Below are positions 37,887 through 48,125 of a stretch of DNA of 64,000 bases, one piece after another (position 1 is the stretch's first letter; each line of letters begins with the position of its first letter). Origin of the DNA: a candidate division WOR-3 bacterium (GTDB lineage Bacteria > Hydrothermota > Tepidihabitantia > Tepidihabitantales > Tepidihabitantaceae). The position numbers and the translations under genes are program-made. Location of the stretch: NCBI GenBank assembly GCA_965649225.1, contig CBFGJX010000001.1, positions 32,001-96,000 on the forward strand, written 5' to 3'. The notes beneath the pieces were generated by a model, which saw only the letters and a program-made list of their open reading frames with translations, made no database searches and was not told the DNA's origin.

Positions 37887-39697
37887 ATGACTGACTGCGG
37901 GTCGATATCGATTCGCACCTCACGAGCCAGCTGTTCAATCTCCGTTCGCCCGACCAGACGCTCGAGCCGAGCCGTCCTTGCCAGCCGCACGAGCAAACGT
38001 CGCGTCGGCTTCCGCCCGGTGGCCGCTATCGGACCAAACACCTCGATACCTTTGTTACGGTTCAAGAACCGTGCTGTCGCCAGTGCACCACGATCAGCAA
38101 GTTCTTCACTTGAATCACTGATTTCAATCACCACCAGCCGCGCGAAGGGCGGGAAACCCGCCTGACGGCGACTTTCAAGCTCACGGCTACAGAACTCGGC
38201 AACCGCCATATCAGCTGCCGCCGCAATGCAGTTTTCCTCGGGTCGTCTCGCCTGGATCAGAAACTCAGCACCACTGTTCTGTGCCCGCCAACCCAGTCGC
38301 CACAGCACAGCAAACAAGCGCTCACTGGCGCGAAAATCCGGCAACAACAGCTCGTCGTCGGCACGCACTGCTGCCACGAGTCCAACTGAAGCCGGCCATT
38401 CCCTTCCCAAGACTGCCCGGGTGCCGACGACAACATCCGTTTCGGGAAACTCAGTCTGTTCCCCGGTCATAGTCGCTACCGTCAGCTTCGGCCGTAACCG
38501 CCGAACCTCGCGGGCAATCATCTCGACTCCGGGCACCCGGTAGACATAGTCACCACTTCCACATTCCGGACACAGCGACGGCGCCGGTTCGACCCGGCCA
38601 CAGAAGCGACATTGAAGACTTCCGTCGCCAGTCAGTGCCATCGCCGTCCTGCAGCTGGCGCAGTTCAGGACCCGGCCGCAGTCCCGACAGACGACGCTAC
38701 GCGATGCCCCAAGACGGTTGACATAAAGCACCGCGCTCTTTCCCGCTGCCCGGGCCTGATCCAGTGCGCAAAGCAGCCGGGGCGACAGCAGTTCGCGGCG
38801 ATGCAAACGCATGTCAACAATCGTCGCTCGGATTGCTACCGCTGGCAGCGGGTCCAGCAGTGACCACCTTCCTCTCGCCACTTCATACCAGGTCTCCATC
38901 GACGGCGTCGGGTCACAGAGCAGGACCGGGCAACTGGCCATGCGTGCGCGAACGATTGCCGCATCACGGGCATTGAACCGTGGTCGCCGCTCCTCTTTAT
39001 AGACTTGGTCATGCTCATCGAGCACCACAACTCCAGCCAGATCGACAACCGGCGCAAAGACCGCAGACCGGCAGCCCACCACAAGTGATCGGCCAGCCCG
39101 GCTTCTTCGCCACGCTGTTCGCAGCGCCTTCGCCCTCAGACGGGAGCTGATAATCACGGCATCAACGGATTCATCGATTAGAGACAAGGCGGCATGTGGA
39201 TCAGGGGCAAGCAACAAAACCGACCCCTGCGTCAGGCCGTTGGCACAGAAACTCGCCAATCGCCGCGTCGCTTGAACTGGGTCAGCACAAACCCCGACGC
39301 CGAAGCGGCCACCCTCGCGGGCTGGTGCTGATCCGATCGCACGTGCACGATCGACACCGCTGAACGACTTCGCGCGACCCGACGACCGACTTAACACCGG
39401 CTGCGGTATGGCAAGATGCATTGTCTCGCCCAGCCGGCCGAAGTAGTGCCCGGCAACCCGGCGTACAAAGTCAACCAGTTCTGCAGGAACCATTCTCGGC
39501 TCTATCAGCCCTTCGATCGACCGTGTTTCTTCCACCGGGCTGCTACTGCGCAGTCCGACTACAATCCCTGCCGCTTCTCTTCCCCGCAACCGTACTGACA
39601 CACAATCACCGGGAGCCAGCTCCGGCAGCTGTGTTTCATCAAAACGATAGGTAAGTTCGTCAAGCCGGGTGCCCGGCACGACAATGTCGCAGTACAC
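37883..39697 (-). CDS. priA: Primosomal protein N' (PriA), lacking a recognisable Walker A
   Basis: N-terminal 3'-DNA-binding-like domain, VVGCRSAVFAP, DEHDQVYKEE..PRFNARD, four CxxC pairs, FPPF. Confidence 0.88.
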   Translation of the reverse strand: MYCDIVVPGTRLDELTYRFDETQLPELAPGDCVSVRLRGREAAGIVVGLRSSSPVEETRSIEGLIEPRMVPAELVDFVRRVAGHYFGRLGETMHLAIPQPVLSRSSGRAKSFSGVDRARAIGSAPAREGGRFGVGVCADPVQATRRLASFCANGLTQGSVLLLAPDPHAALSLIDESVDAVIISSRLRAKALRTAWRRSRAGRSLVVGCRSAVFAPVVDLAGVVVLDEHDQVYKEERRPRFNARDAAIVRARMASCPVLLCDPTPSMETWYEVARGRWSLLDPLPAVAIRATIVDMRLHRRELLSPRLLCALDQARAAGKSAVLYVNRLGASRSVVCRDCGRVLNCASCRTAMALTGDGSLQCRFCGRVEPAPSLCPECGSGDYVYRVPGVEMIAREVRRLRPKLTVATMTGEQTEFPETDVVVGTRAVLGREWPASVGLVAAVRADDELLLPDFRASERLFAVLWRLGWRAQNSGAEFLIQARRPEENCIAAAADMAVAEFCSRELESRRQAGFPPFARLVVIEISDSSEELADRGALATARFLNRNKGIEVFGPIAATGRKPTRRLLVRLARTARLERLVGRTEIEQLAREVRIDIDPQSVI

Positions 39698-39699
39698 GG

Positions 39700-42600
39700 C
39701 TAGTAGCGCAGCCGGAAGCGGTAACGCAGGGAAAGTCGCCCGTTCTCATCCCGGGCCGCTACCAGCTCGTTGCGGCGGTCGAGGTAATACTCAACCCGGA
39801 ATGCAGGATCAAAACCCTCGTCAAAAAACTGCGTGTAGGATATGTAGAGCCTGCGACCGATATATTTGCCCACTGTCAGACGGGTTCGAGCGTCAGAAGT
39901 CAGGCCGGTTTCAAAGTCCAGATAATCCAACCCGGTGAATCCGCGTGCCCGCTGAGCAACGCGGGTCTGGAAGAAACCCAGCAGTCGATCAGAAAGCATC
40001 CTTGTCACTGCGGCCCGACTGTCAATCTCACGCAGCTGTTCCGGTGTTGCGTTGAGACTAAGGTAAGATACGATTTGCAGGTTATCCCAGCCAGGCGGCT
40101 CGGACCGGAACTCCAGCTGTGGTGTTTCGATAGTCCCGGTTACGGTCAGCACGATCTTCTCGGGTGTATCGCCGCTGCCGCCATTGCCGTGTAACAACAT
40201 TTCGGCGGTAATGTCCAGTTCCGGATTAAGGCGATCGAGATTGGCGAACCGAACCGTTCCACTTGTCACGCGCAGAGTTCGGTCGAAATAGTAAACATTG
40301 CCCTGCCGGGAAACGAGCTCACCATTGTAGAACTCTTCCTGCATGGTCCGCCGGATACTCATGTCAACGCCGAGCTCGATGTCAGCAAGACTGCTTCGCC
40401 ACCAGATACCCCTTTCGCCGCGAATACGAAGGTCATACACCAGTGTAGTATCGGGAGTACCGCCGGTGACTGCCGGCTGTCCCGGATCGATTGTTATCAG
40501 CGCCTCTTCGACATCAATCCGACCGGAAAGCGCGATCGGTTGCGGCTGCCGCCAATCAAGCATAATCTCGCCACCGGCGATGCCGTAGACATCTCTGAGT
40601 GGACTGGCCTCGATTCCGCTGAACGCCGCCTCAAGATGAAGCGTATCAACAACCCAGCCAGGCCCGAGTTCGACAAAACCACCCGCCGACACCGTTCCGC
40701 GCCGGGAACGGCCCGTAAGCTTCTGAATGTTAACCCGATTACCGGCGAAGGTTAGTTCACCGTTGACCCGCTGAAGCGAAGCCTTGATCGGCTCGACAGA
40801 CAAATCGGCTCTAGCCAGCCTCAGTCGTCCGTATAGTTCCGGTTCAATCAAATTCCCGCCAACTCGTAGGCTGCCGTAGATCGACGCGCGTTGCGCCACC
40901 AGAGTCGGCCTGAGAAACACAAGCACCCAAGGGCCCACGTTGACCAACTCGGCCATGAGATCAACTTTCTGCACCGGCCACGGGGCGCGGGGCATCAGCA
41001 CCAGCCGACCTGTAATGCGCGATGTGTCAACACTCCCGGCACTGTCTATGCGCACCAGCCACAGTCGATCGACACTGAGTGTATCACCATCCAGCCCGAG
41101 TCGTCCTTCTACGCTTCTCAGAACCAGACCATATTCAGGCACTGCCAGATCCCGCATCGCGATGTCACACCGCAGCAACGAATCAAAATGTAACGACGCA
41201 TCGAGTTTGCCGCGAACCTCAAAGCCGATACCACCGAGCTTTGCCACACTGGCCAAATCCAAGCCACGGGCAGTCACTTCGAAATCCGGCTCCGGCACGT
41301 CTGTCAGTTTGATCTTCCCCTGCGCGGTCAACTGCCCACCGCCCAGTTCAAACTGCAGCCCGGTCAACTCTAAGCCGGTAGCCGCGCTGTAATTGAGCCG
41401 GAAAGGCCGGGCCGTCATCAACGTTTCGTCGTCAGAAACAAAATCAAAATTGGCGAAATCGGCAGCAAAGCCGTTGCGCTCGACGGCAAGGTCACCCGTG
41501 GCGAACAGTCGGCTGCGGTCTAAGTCGACCCTCAGCTCGAAGACCGGCTCATCCCACACAAGCTGAGCCGCAGCCACCGTTTGGCCGCCGAATCTGACGA
41601 CCTCTCCCCCCACCGCAACCCGCCCGGCCAACTGCTTGCCCAGCGCAATGTTGACGTCTATCACCGCTGCATTCGCTGTTACGTCCTGAAACGATAGTTG
41701 CGAAGCATAAAGGCTCGCGAGCAAATGCAGACTGTCATTTTCGATCGTCAAGGTCAGCAAGCCGTTGAGTCGACCGCTCACCGGTGCATTGCCAACGACT
41801 GCGGCGACGCCCAGATCGAAATTGTCGGCGATAATCTCAAAAAAACCCGACCCAGTGCGGTATCTGCCTTGTCCGGAGAGCCTTCCGCTCGCTCCCCGAG
41901 CCGTCAGCCGTTCGATGACTACGCCGCCGCGCACCAGACCACCGGTTGCCGTCAACGAATCGAACCCGAGCGCCGGCACCGTGACCCGCAGCGTGCCCCA
42001 AATTGAATCAGTACTCTTTCCACCGACATCGCAAGATCCGGTGATACGAACCTCGGGCAGGGTCGGCTCAAGCCGGCGAATTGCAAGATCACGTACAACC
42101 AATCGGCCCGCAAAAGCCTGCGTGCCGATGTGCACGTATCCGTCAAACTCAACTCCGCCCAGCTCTGGATTCCTGCCCATCATCGTGAGACTCGCCAGCG
42201 AATCGGCCAAGGTGAGTCTGCCGAACAACTCAGGCAGTGCCAGCCCGCGCCAGCGCAGACCAGACGCGCTCCAACCGACCCGCGCCGAGGGATCACCGCC
42301 TGTCACCCCTCCTTGCCCGCTGGCTTTGAACCGACCTGGAACTCCCGCAAAACGGGCGAGGTCCACCTCCAGATCCATGAAGGCAGCAGTGAAGCCACCG
42401 TCTGCAAGTCCTACCCTCGCCGTGCCTGCGAAGCTGAATCCGTCGGCCGCAAGACGCATTCCCTCAAGTAATGCCGAATCGGCCGTTACACGCATTTGGG
42501 CGCTCAGCTGGGAAATACGAACACTCTCCGGCACCACGAGCAGACTGGCCTGATGGAGAAATGCCCGAACCTGCTCCGAACGGGACTCCGCGCTCATCAG

Positions 42601-43065
42601 CACGGCAACCGAGTCGACTATTGGCCTGCCATCAACGCTCACCGTTCCCGCTTCCAGCACCAGTCGACGCACGCCAATTCGCGGGAAACGCCCCGCAGGC
42701 TGCGTCTGAACCTTCGTTGCCTGTCCCGGCCGTCGTCCGGCCAGGAAAACCTGCGGACGCTCGATTCTCAGGACCCTCAACCCCACTCGCCCCCGAAGAT
42801 TGCCCAGCAGGTCATAGTCAAAGGAAACCCGTTCGATGGTCACCGAATCGCTTTGGAAGACAATTCGAACCCGACTGAGTTCGGGCCGCGACAACAGATT
42901 GCCACCAATGCGTTCAACCTCAATTCTGCCGCCGATGACCCGGCCGAGAAGACCGAGCCCGAGTCGGATTGTCAACCGCATCAAAGGCCGTCCACCAAGC
43001 AGCAGCCCAGTGACAGACGCGACCAGCATTAATGGCAGAACCAGTCGCCGCAGCCTAAAACGCAT
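39700..43065 (-). CDS. tamB: Translocation and assembly module TamB-like protein
   Basis: 1121-aa beta-rich protein with an N-terminal anchor and a DUF490-like end (TVGKYIGRRLYISY); adjacent to tamA. Confidence 0.8.
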   Translation of the reverse strand: MRFRLRRLVLPLMLVASVTGLLLGGRPLMRLTIRLGLGLLGRVIGGRIEVERIGGNLLSRPELSRVRIVFQSDSVTIERVSFDYDLLGNLRGRVGLRVLRIERPQVFLAGRRPGQATKVQTQPAGRFPRIGVRRLVLEAGTVSVDGRPIVDSVAVLMSAESRSEQVRAFLHQASLLVVPESVRISQLSAQMRVTADSALLEGMRLAADGFSFAGTARVGLADGGFTAAFMDLEVDLARFAGVPGRFKASGQGGVTGGDPSARVGWSASGLRWRGLALPELFGRLTLADSLASLTMMGRNPELGGVEFDGYVHIGTQAFAGRLVVRDLAIRRLEPTLPEVRITGSCDVGGKSTDSIWGTLRVTVPALGFDSLTATGGLVRGGVVIERLTARGASGRLSGQGRYRTGSGFFEIIADNFDLGVAAVVGNAPVSGRLNGLLTLTIENDSLHLLASLYASQLSFQDVTANAAVIDVNIALGKQLAGRVAVGGEVVRFGGQTVAAAQLVWDEPVFELRVDLDRSRLFATGDLAVERNGFAADFANFDFVSDDETLMTARPFRLNYSAATGLELTGLQFELGGGQLTAQGKIKLTDVPEPDFEVTARGLDLASVAKLGGIGFEVRGKLDASLHFDSLLRCDIAMRDLAVPEYGLVLRSVEGRLGLDGDTLSVDRLWLVRIDSAGSVDTSRITGRLVLMPRAPWPVQKVDLMAELVNVGPWVLVFLRPTLVAQRASIYGSLRVGGNLIEPELYGRLRLARADLSVEPIKASLQRVNGELTFAGNRVNIQKLTGRSRRGTVSAGGFVELGPGWVVDTLHLEAAFSGIEASPLRDVYGIAGGEIMLDWRQPQPIALSGRIDVEEALITIDPGQPAVTGGTPDTTLVYDLRIRGERGIWWRSSLADIELGVDMSIRRTMQEEFYNGELVSRQGNVYYFDRTLRVTSGTVRFANLDRLNPELDITAEMLLHGNGGSGDTPEKIVLTVTGTIETPQLEFRSEPPGWDNLQIVSYLSLNATPEQLREIDSRAAVTRMLSDRLLGFFQTRVAQRARGFTGLDYLDFETGLTSDARTRLTVGKYIGRRLYISYTQFFDEGFDPAFRVEYYLDRRNELVAARDENGRLSLRYRFRLRY

Positions 43066-44788
43066 GCATCAACCCGTAGGTAATCCCATAACCCGGACCG
43101 GCAGCACCCGCCGACATCGCTCGGGCTACATCAATCCGCACTGGTCCAATTGGCGTCCGGACGCGCAGCCCAACTCCAGCCCCAAACAGGAAGTTGCGCG
43201 GGGGAAAGTAACGGGCAAGATTGCCGCCATCAACAAACGCTACGAGACCGACCAGTCGAAACAGATACGGCGAACGTAGTTCAATGCTCCCGTAGAGCAT
43301 GGCGAATCCGTACCGAGCGGTGGAATCGCCGAACGGTCCAATTGAACGATCAGGATAGCCGCGCAGATTAGCAGCACCACCCATCGTGAAAGACTCGTAG
43401 TAAGCAACTAAATCACCGGGCCGGTACGGATAAACCCGGCCGGCACCCAGTCGACCCGCGACCACGAAACTCCCGCCGGGGTCGGCAGGGGAACGGCTGA
43501 GGCTGCGAAAGGCACGGATGTCGACCGCCAGACGGTAAAAGTCATTGCTGCCGCCAAGTATCCCGCCAGCCAGTTCGGCTGTGCCCCTGGCCCACATACC
43601 CCTCCCCGGCTCGAAGACATCGTTGCGGCTGTCGTGTTGACCCGAGAGAGCAAGCGAGCTGGTTGCACCGGGAGAAGTATCGGCCACCAGTCTGAGGCGA
43701 TTAGCAAGGCTGAAGACAAGCGACGGCAAGACACTACGGCTGAGGCCAGTCTCCACACCGTATTCGCGGACCAGAATACTGTCGCGCCGCTCAACATATC
43801 CGAACGGACGGGTCTGAAAGTCCACCCGACTTCTGCCGATGTACGGGATTCGCCAGGCGGCCCAGGAACCAAATCGAAAGGAAGGGCCGATCAACTGCTG
43901 CGCATACTCGGCGCTGGCGAGCAGACTGTGGTTGGCACCGAAAAGATTAACATACTCCCAGTCGACCGCGAGCAGCAACCGAAGCGGTGAACGACCGGGA
44001 TTCAACTCGCCTCCGCCGCCAAGTCCCAGACTACCGAATGGCTGCTCGACCACGTCGAACCTCACGACAACTCTGCCAAGCAGGGAATCGTCACCGACGA
44101 CGCGAAACGACACTCGGCTGAATAACTTCGAACCGTACAGCCGGCGCTGAGCCTCAAGCAGCCGGCGCCGCGAGTAGCGGTCGCCAGCGCGCAATTCGGC
44201 AATAGTTCGGCAAATGGCAGCCCGGACACGCCTGTTACCAACGAAAATGACCGAATCAATAACGCAAAGGGGACCCTCCGCGAGCAGGACATTGAGTGTT
44301 GCTGCACTTTCGGCTCGACTTATCTCGGTGCGCACACGAACGAACGCATAACCGGAGTTCTGATAGAACACGCGGACGGCGTTCTCGACGGCCGGTCCGA
44401 CGCCGCCAGTCGCAGGGGTTTTAGGTTTGAGGCCGATCACAGCTGCCAACTGGGACGAGTCAAATGCTGTATTGCCCTGAAAAATCAGTCGCTGTACACG
44501 GGCACGCGGCCCCTCATCGACGACAAAAGTCAGCACCGGTCTACGCCTGCCCCGCGCCAGCGTCCACTCGATCGCGACCGCATAGAACCCCTGGTCATGA
44601 TAGAAGTTCTCCAGGTCCGCCGCATCACGCACAATACGAACCTCATCGACCGGCTGACCCCTCGCCAGTTGCACCCTTGTTGCCAGAACCTTTGAACTGA
44701 AACTGGAGTTCCCCCGGAATCTGACCGCTTCCAGTGTATCGCCGACAACGGCCACGACGCGAAGTGCCAGCAACGCGGCAACAAGCAT
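43055..44788 (-). CDS. tamA: Omp85-family outer membrane protein with three POTRA domains (TamA/BamA-like)
   Basis: POTRA repeats, GGAANLRGY, GAGVGLRVRTPIGPVRID, terminal Phe. Confidence 0.82.
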   Translation of the reverse strand: MLVAALLALRVVAVVGDTLEAVRFRGNSSFSSKVLATRVQLARGQPVDEVRIVRDAADLENFYHDQGFYAVAIEWTLARGRRRPVLTFVVDEGPRARVQRLIFQGNTAFDSSQLAAVIGLKPKTPATGGVGPAVENAVRVFYQNSGYAFVRVRTEISRAESAATLNVLLAEGPLCVIDSVIFVGNRRVRAAICRTIAELRAGDRYSRRRLLEAQRRLYGSKLFSRVSFRVVGDDSLLGRVVVRFDVVEQPFGSLGLGGGGELNPGRSPLRLLLAVDWEYVNLFGANHSLLASAEYAQQLIGPSFRFGSWAAWRIPYIGRSRVDFQTRPFGYVERRDSILVREYGVETGLSRSVLPSLVFSLANRLRLVADTSPGATSSLALSGQHDSRNDVFEPGRGMWARGTAELAGGILGGSNDFYRLAVDIRAFRSLSRSPADPGGSFVVAGRLGAGRVYPYRPGDLVAYYESFTMGGAANLRGYPDRSIGPFGDSTARYGFAMLYGSIELRSPYLFRLVGLVAFVDGGNLARYFPPRNFLFGAGVGLRVRTPIGPVRIDVARAMSAGAAGPGYGITYGLMHAF

Positions 44789-44965
44789 CAGTGTCTGCTC
44801 TCGTTCCTGCACAAACCCATGGGTCGCCTTGGACAACGCTGCAGAGTCAGCAGCTCACGGCAGATATCGGTCACGTCCGGATATTACCTGTTCTGTTTGA
44901 CGGCTGTCAATCAGAAGTCTGGTGGCTCTCGACAGGACGCAGGACGACGATGAGCGGATAGTTCG

Positions 44966-47701
44966 TCAACCGGCATCAGGCAGTTTGCGCCAGTCAGATG
45001 GCCTTATGCCATACTTCGCCAGCAAACGATAGAATTGTGCACGACTGCAGCCCGACTGCCTGATCGCCTCCTTGATACTGCCCTTCGCGGAACGCAGACA
45101 TTGCAGCAGACGTTCGCGTTCTTCCGCTTCTGATTTCTGCGACCGCCGCCGCCGAAGTTCACGCAGAGTGCCGCCGCCACTTTCCGGCTGCAAACACGCG
45201 CTGTCGACGAGAACCGGCAGATCGGTCGATTGCAGTACGTTGCCGCTGGCCAGAACAACCGCCCGCTCGATGACATGGCTCAGTTCTCGAACATTCCCGG
45301 GCCAGTCGTATTCCATCAGCCGTGCCAGAGCCTCTGGAGCAATACCGGTCACATTACGGTCATATTCCCGGGCCGCGGCGGCAACGAGACTATCCACCAA
45401 CGCCGGAATGTCATCGCGACGTTCTCGCAATGGCGGCAGTACCAGCTCCGCACCGGCAATCCGGTAGTACAGGTCGGCCCGAAAGTCGCCCCGCGCGATC
45501 GCCGCTTCAATGTCCTGATTGGTGGCGGTTACCAGCCGGAAATCGACCGCAATCAGTCGACGACCTCCCACCCGTTCGAACTGTTTGTCCTGCAGCACCC
45601 GCAGTAGTTTCGCCTGCAGTCTCGGGCTCATGTCGCCAATCTCATCCAACAACAGTGTACCACCGGCAGCACCTTCAAGTTTTCCCGGCCGTGCTTGTAC
45701 CCCGGTTGCAACTCCTCTTTCCACTCCGAAAAGTTCGGCCTCAAGCAAGTCTGCCGGCACCGCCGCACAGTTTATTGCCACAAAAGGACCGCCCGACCGG
45801 GGTCCGGAATCGTGCAATGCCCGGGCAACGAGCTCCTTGCCGGTACCGCTTTCCCCGCGCACGAGCACCGGCACTCCTGCCTGCGCCAGCCGCAACACCT
45901 GCCTGAGAATATCGCGCATCTTACCATTCGGGCCCACCACGCCGCGATAGCGGAGACCGACCAGCTCGTCAGGTCGCGCCGGTTCACGTTCCACAAGTTC
46001 GGCGGCCGCAGATACGATTGGAGCAAGCAAGGCAACCAGTGATTCCAGCAGCAGCCGCAGGTGAGCCGGCTCGGCAGAAGTGCGTTGACCCAGATACAAC
46101 TGACCGCGCGTTCGATCGCTGCCGTACAACGCTATCCTGGTCTCAGTTTCATTGGAACAGAAATCACCGCCTTCGATCGGTCGTCGCACTGCAGCTCCGT
46201 CCGGCCCGCCATAGGCAGCGAGAATCCGCCGACCCAGCACTATTGCGCCTGTCCGGTATCCCAGCCCCTCACAAATCAGGCGCAACACCCGACTCAGCGC
46301 CGACGCGGGTGGCAATGCCATGCCAACGACCCCCCCCACCGCCCGCACCAGCGCCGCTCCAGCCTCAGCCGGTCGCTCACATGCCACCAGCAATCGGCTC
46401 GCTTCGTCTGCCTCCTGCACCACACCCAGACGACGAAATATCTGAGCAGCCGCTGCCAACTGTTCCATCGCCCATTGCCGTTCACCAGTTTCAAGCAAAA
46501 ACCGCCCATAACTGAAACACGCCATCGCGTGGTCATAGCTGTCAGCAATCTGTTCCAGAACCGCGACGGCACGCTCGAAGCACTCGCGTGCTCCGGCCGG
46601 ATTGCGCAATGCAGCCATTAATCGCCCCTTGGTGTAGAGCGCCCGACAAAGCACGGTCCAGCTTTCCATCGCTTCCGCAATGGCGGTTGCTGCCTCAGCG
46701 TGATGCAAACCGGCCTCCAGTTGCCCACGATTCAGTTCCAATACGGCAATCAGCTGATTCAGCAGTGCTACGTGGTACTGATCAACATGAAGCTTGGCAA
46801 GCTCCAGACCAACAGCAAAGTCTCTCTCGGCACTGGCATAGTCGCCGGTCTTGAGCCGTGCCTGACCGAGCAGCTGACAAGTCTCAATCAATACCTCATC
46901 CATTGCGACCGGCTGGCCAGCAATCGCCGCCCGGACCTGTTCCAGCAATCCGATTGCCCGCTCCGGGCTGTCACGGTGCAAAGCAATCTCGCTCAATCCC
47001 AGATTCGCAAAAGCCCACGGGTAAATACCCGGCCCGTCGCGACCAACTCTGTCAACACCGGCAAGCGCTCGATAAAACTGACCGGCCGCCTCTTCCCATT
47101 CGCCGACACCCAGATATGCCATACCGATGTTGACAATGTCAGTCAGCCGTTCTGCTTCATCAGCTCCCGGATCATCAACCTGTTGAGCCCGTTGATAGAA
47201 CTCAAGCGCCTTGTCAGGGTTTCCGGACAGCAGCTTCACATTGCCAAGCTGCACCAGCCCGCGGTGAACGGCTTCTGGATGCTTGGCCTCAAGCCCGACA
47301 GCAACGCACTGCTCATAACAACGACTGGCGTCACTATACTGCCCCGTGCACTCGGCAATCCGTCCCAGCAGAAAATGGTACGAGCATTCGTACTGGAGCA
47401 GACCTGCACGGCGGGCACACACCAAGAGCCGCTCAGCCCGCTCCCGGGCAGTCGTGTAATCGGCACGGCCCAGGGCGATTTCGGCCAAACGGATGTAGGC
47501 AACACAGAGAGCTCTATCATGGCCGGTTTCCGTTGCCCGGTGGGCGATGACGGTTGTCCACCGCTCAGCCTCATCCGGGCTCAGTCGCAGCATTTCCGAT
47601 ACAAACCGGAACATCAGCCGGAAATCATCAGTGCTTGGAGCAGGTAGTCGAGTCAGGCGCTCAAGTTCCCTTGTTCTATCCTCCATTCCTCTCGTGCTCA
47701 T
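44966..47701 (-). CDS. TPR-repeat sigma54-interacting-type (NtrC/Fis family) transcriptional regulator
   Basis: N-terminal TPRs, GESGTGKE, LLLDEIGD, WPGNVREL, C-terminal HTH; the GAFTGA loop reads GVATGV. Confidence 0.9.
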   Translation of the reverse strand: MSTRGMEDRTRELERLTRLPAPSTDDFRLMFRFVSEMLRLSPDEAERWTTVIAHRATETGHDRALCVAYIRLAEIALGRADYTTARERAERLLVCARRAGLLQYECSYHFLLGRIAECTGQYSDASRCYEQCVAVGLEAKHPEAVHRGLVQLGNVKLLSGNPDKALEFYQRAQQVDDPGADEAERLTDIVNIGMAYLGVGEWEEAAGQFYRALAGVDRVGRDGPGIYPWAFANLGLSEIALHRDSPERAIGLLEQVRAAIAGQPVAMDEVLIETCQLLGQARLKTGDYASAERDFAVGLELAKLHVDQYHVALLNQLIAVLELNRGQLEAGLHHAEAATAIAEAMESWTVLCRALYTKGRLMAALRNPAGARECFERAVAVLEQIADSYDHAMACFSYGRFLLETGERQWAMEQLAAAAQIFRRLGVVQEADEASRLLVACERPAEAGAALVRAVGGVVGMALPPASALSRVLRLICEGLGYRTGAIVLGRRILAAYGGPDGAAVRRPIEGGDFCSNETETRIALYGSDRTRGQLYLGQRTSAEPAHLRLLLESLVALLAPIVSAAAELVEREPARPDELVGLRYRGVVGPNGKMRDILRQVLRLAQAGVPVLVRGESGTGKELVARALHDSGPRSGGPFVAINCAAVPADLLEAELFGVERGVATGVQARPGKLEGAAGGTLLLDEIGDMSPRLQAKLLRVLQDKQFERVGGRRLIAVDFRLVTATNQDIEAAIARGDFRADLYYRIAGAELVLPPLRERRDDIPALVDSLVAAAAREYDRNVTGIAPEALARLMEYDWPGNVRELSHVIERAVVLASGNVLQSTDLPVLVDSACLQPESGGGTLRELRRRRSQKSEAEERERLLQCLRSAKGSIKEAIRQSGCSRAQFYRLLAKYGIRPSDWRKLPDAG

Positions 47702-47855
47702 TGCATTTTGATGTTACGAACCGGGCAAAAAATTGTCAACTTGACCTTGACAATCGAGGCAACCAGACGTTAGACTGACCTGCGGACGTCGGGCTGGTCC
47801 TGCCGCTGACTCACTGACGTTCTCAACTTCAAGAAACAGCAAGAAGGAGGAGCCT

Positions 47856-48101
47856 GTGCCCTGGAAGTGCCCCAGCTGCAGTCAACAAGAAACGAATGTC
47901 TTCTACCTCTGCGCCGTATGCGGGCTGGAATGGGCCGAACCCAACCCGGAGTGTGATCCGGTCACTGGTCTGCCCGGCTCAAGAGCCTGCCCGGACTCAC
48001 TGTTGAATGACGATGGCGCCCCGGCTGAAGGCTGCGGCAACGAAGCGCAGCCAAGCTACGGGGTGTGCCTGAAATGCCGGGCATTGACCAGTTTTGCCTG
48101 A
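47856..48101 (+). CDS. Small Cys-rich (Zn-ribbon-like) hypothetical protein
   Basis: Strong AAGGAGG RBS; CPSC, CAVC, CLKC among 9 Cys in 81 aa. Confidence 0.7.
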   Translation: MPWKCPSCSQQETNVFYLCAVCGLEWAEPNPECDPVTGLPGSRACPDSLLNDDGAPAEGCGNEAQPSYGVCLKCRALTSFA

Positions 48102-48125
48102 TCGACATAGCCAAATGGAGGAGAA

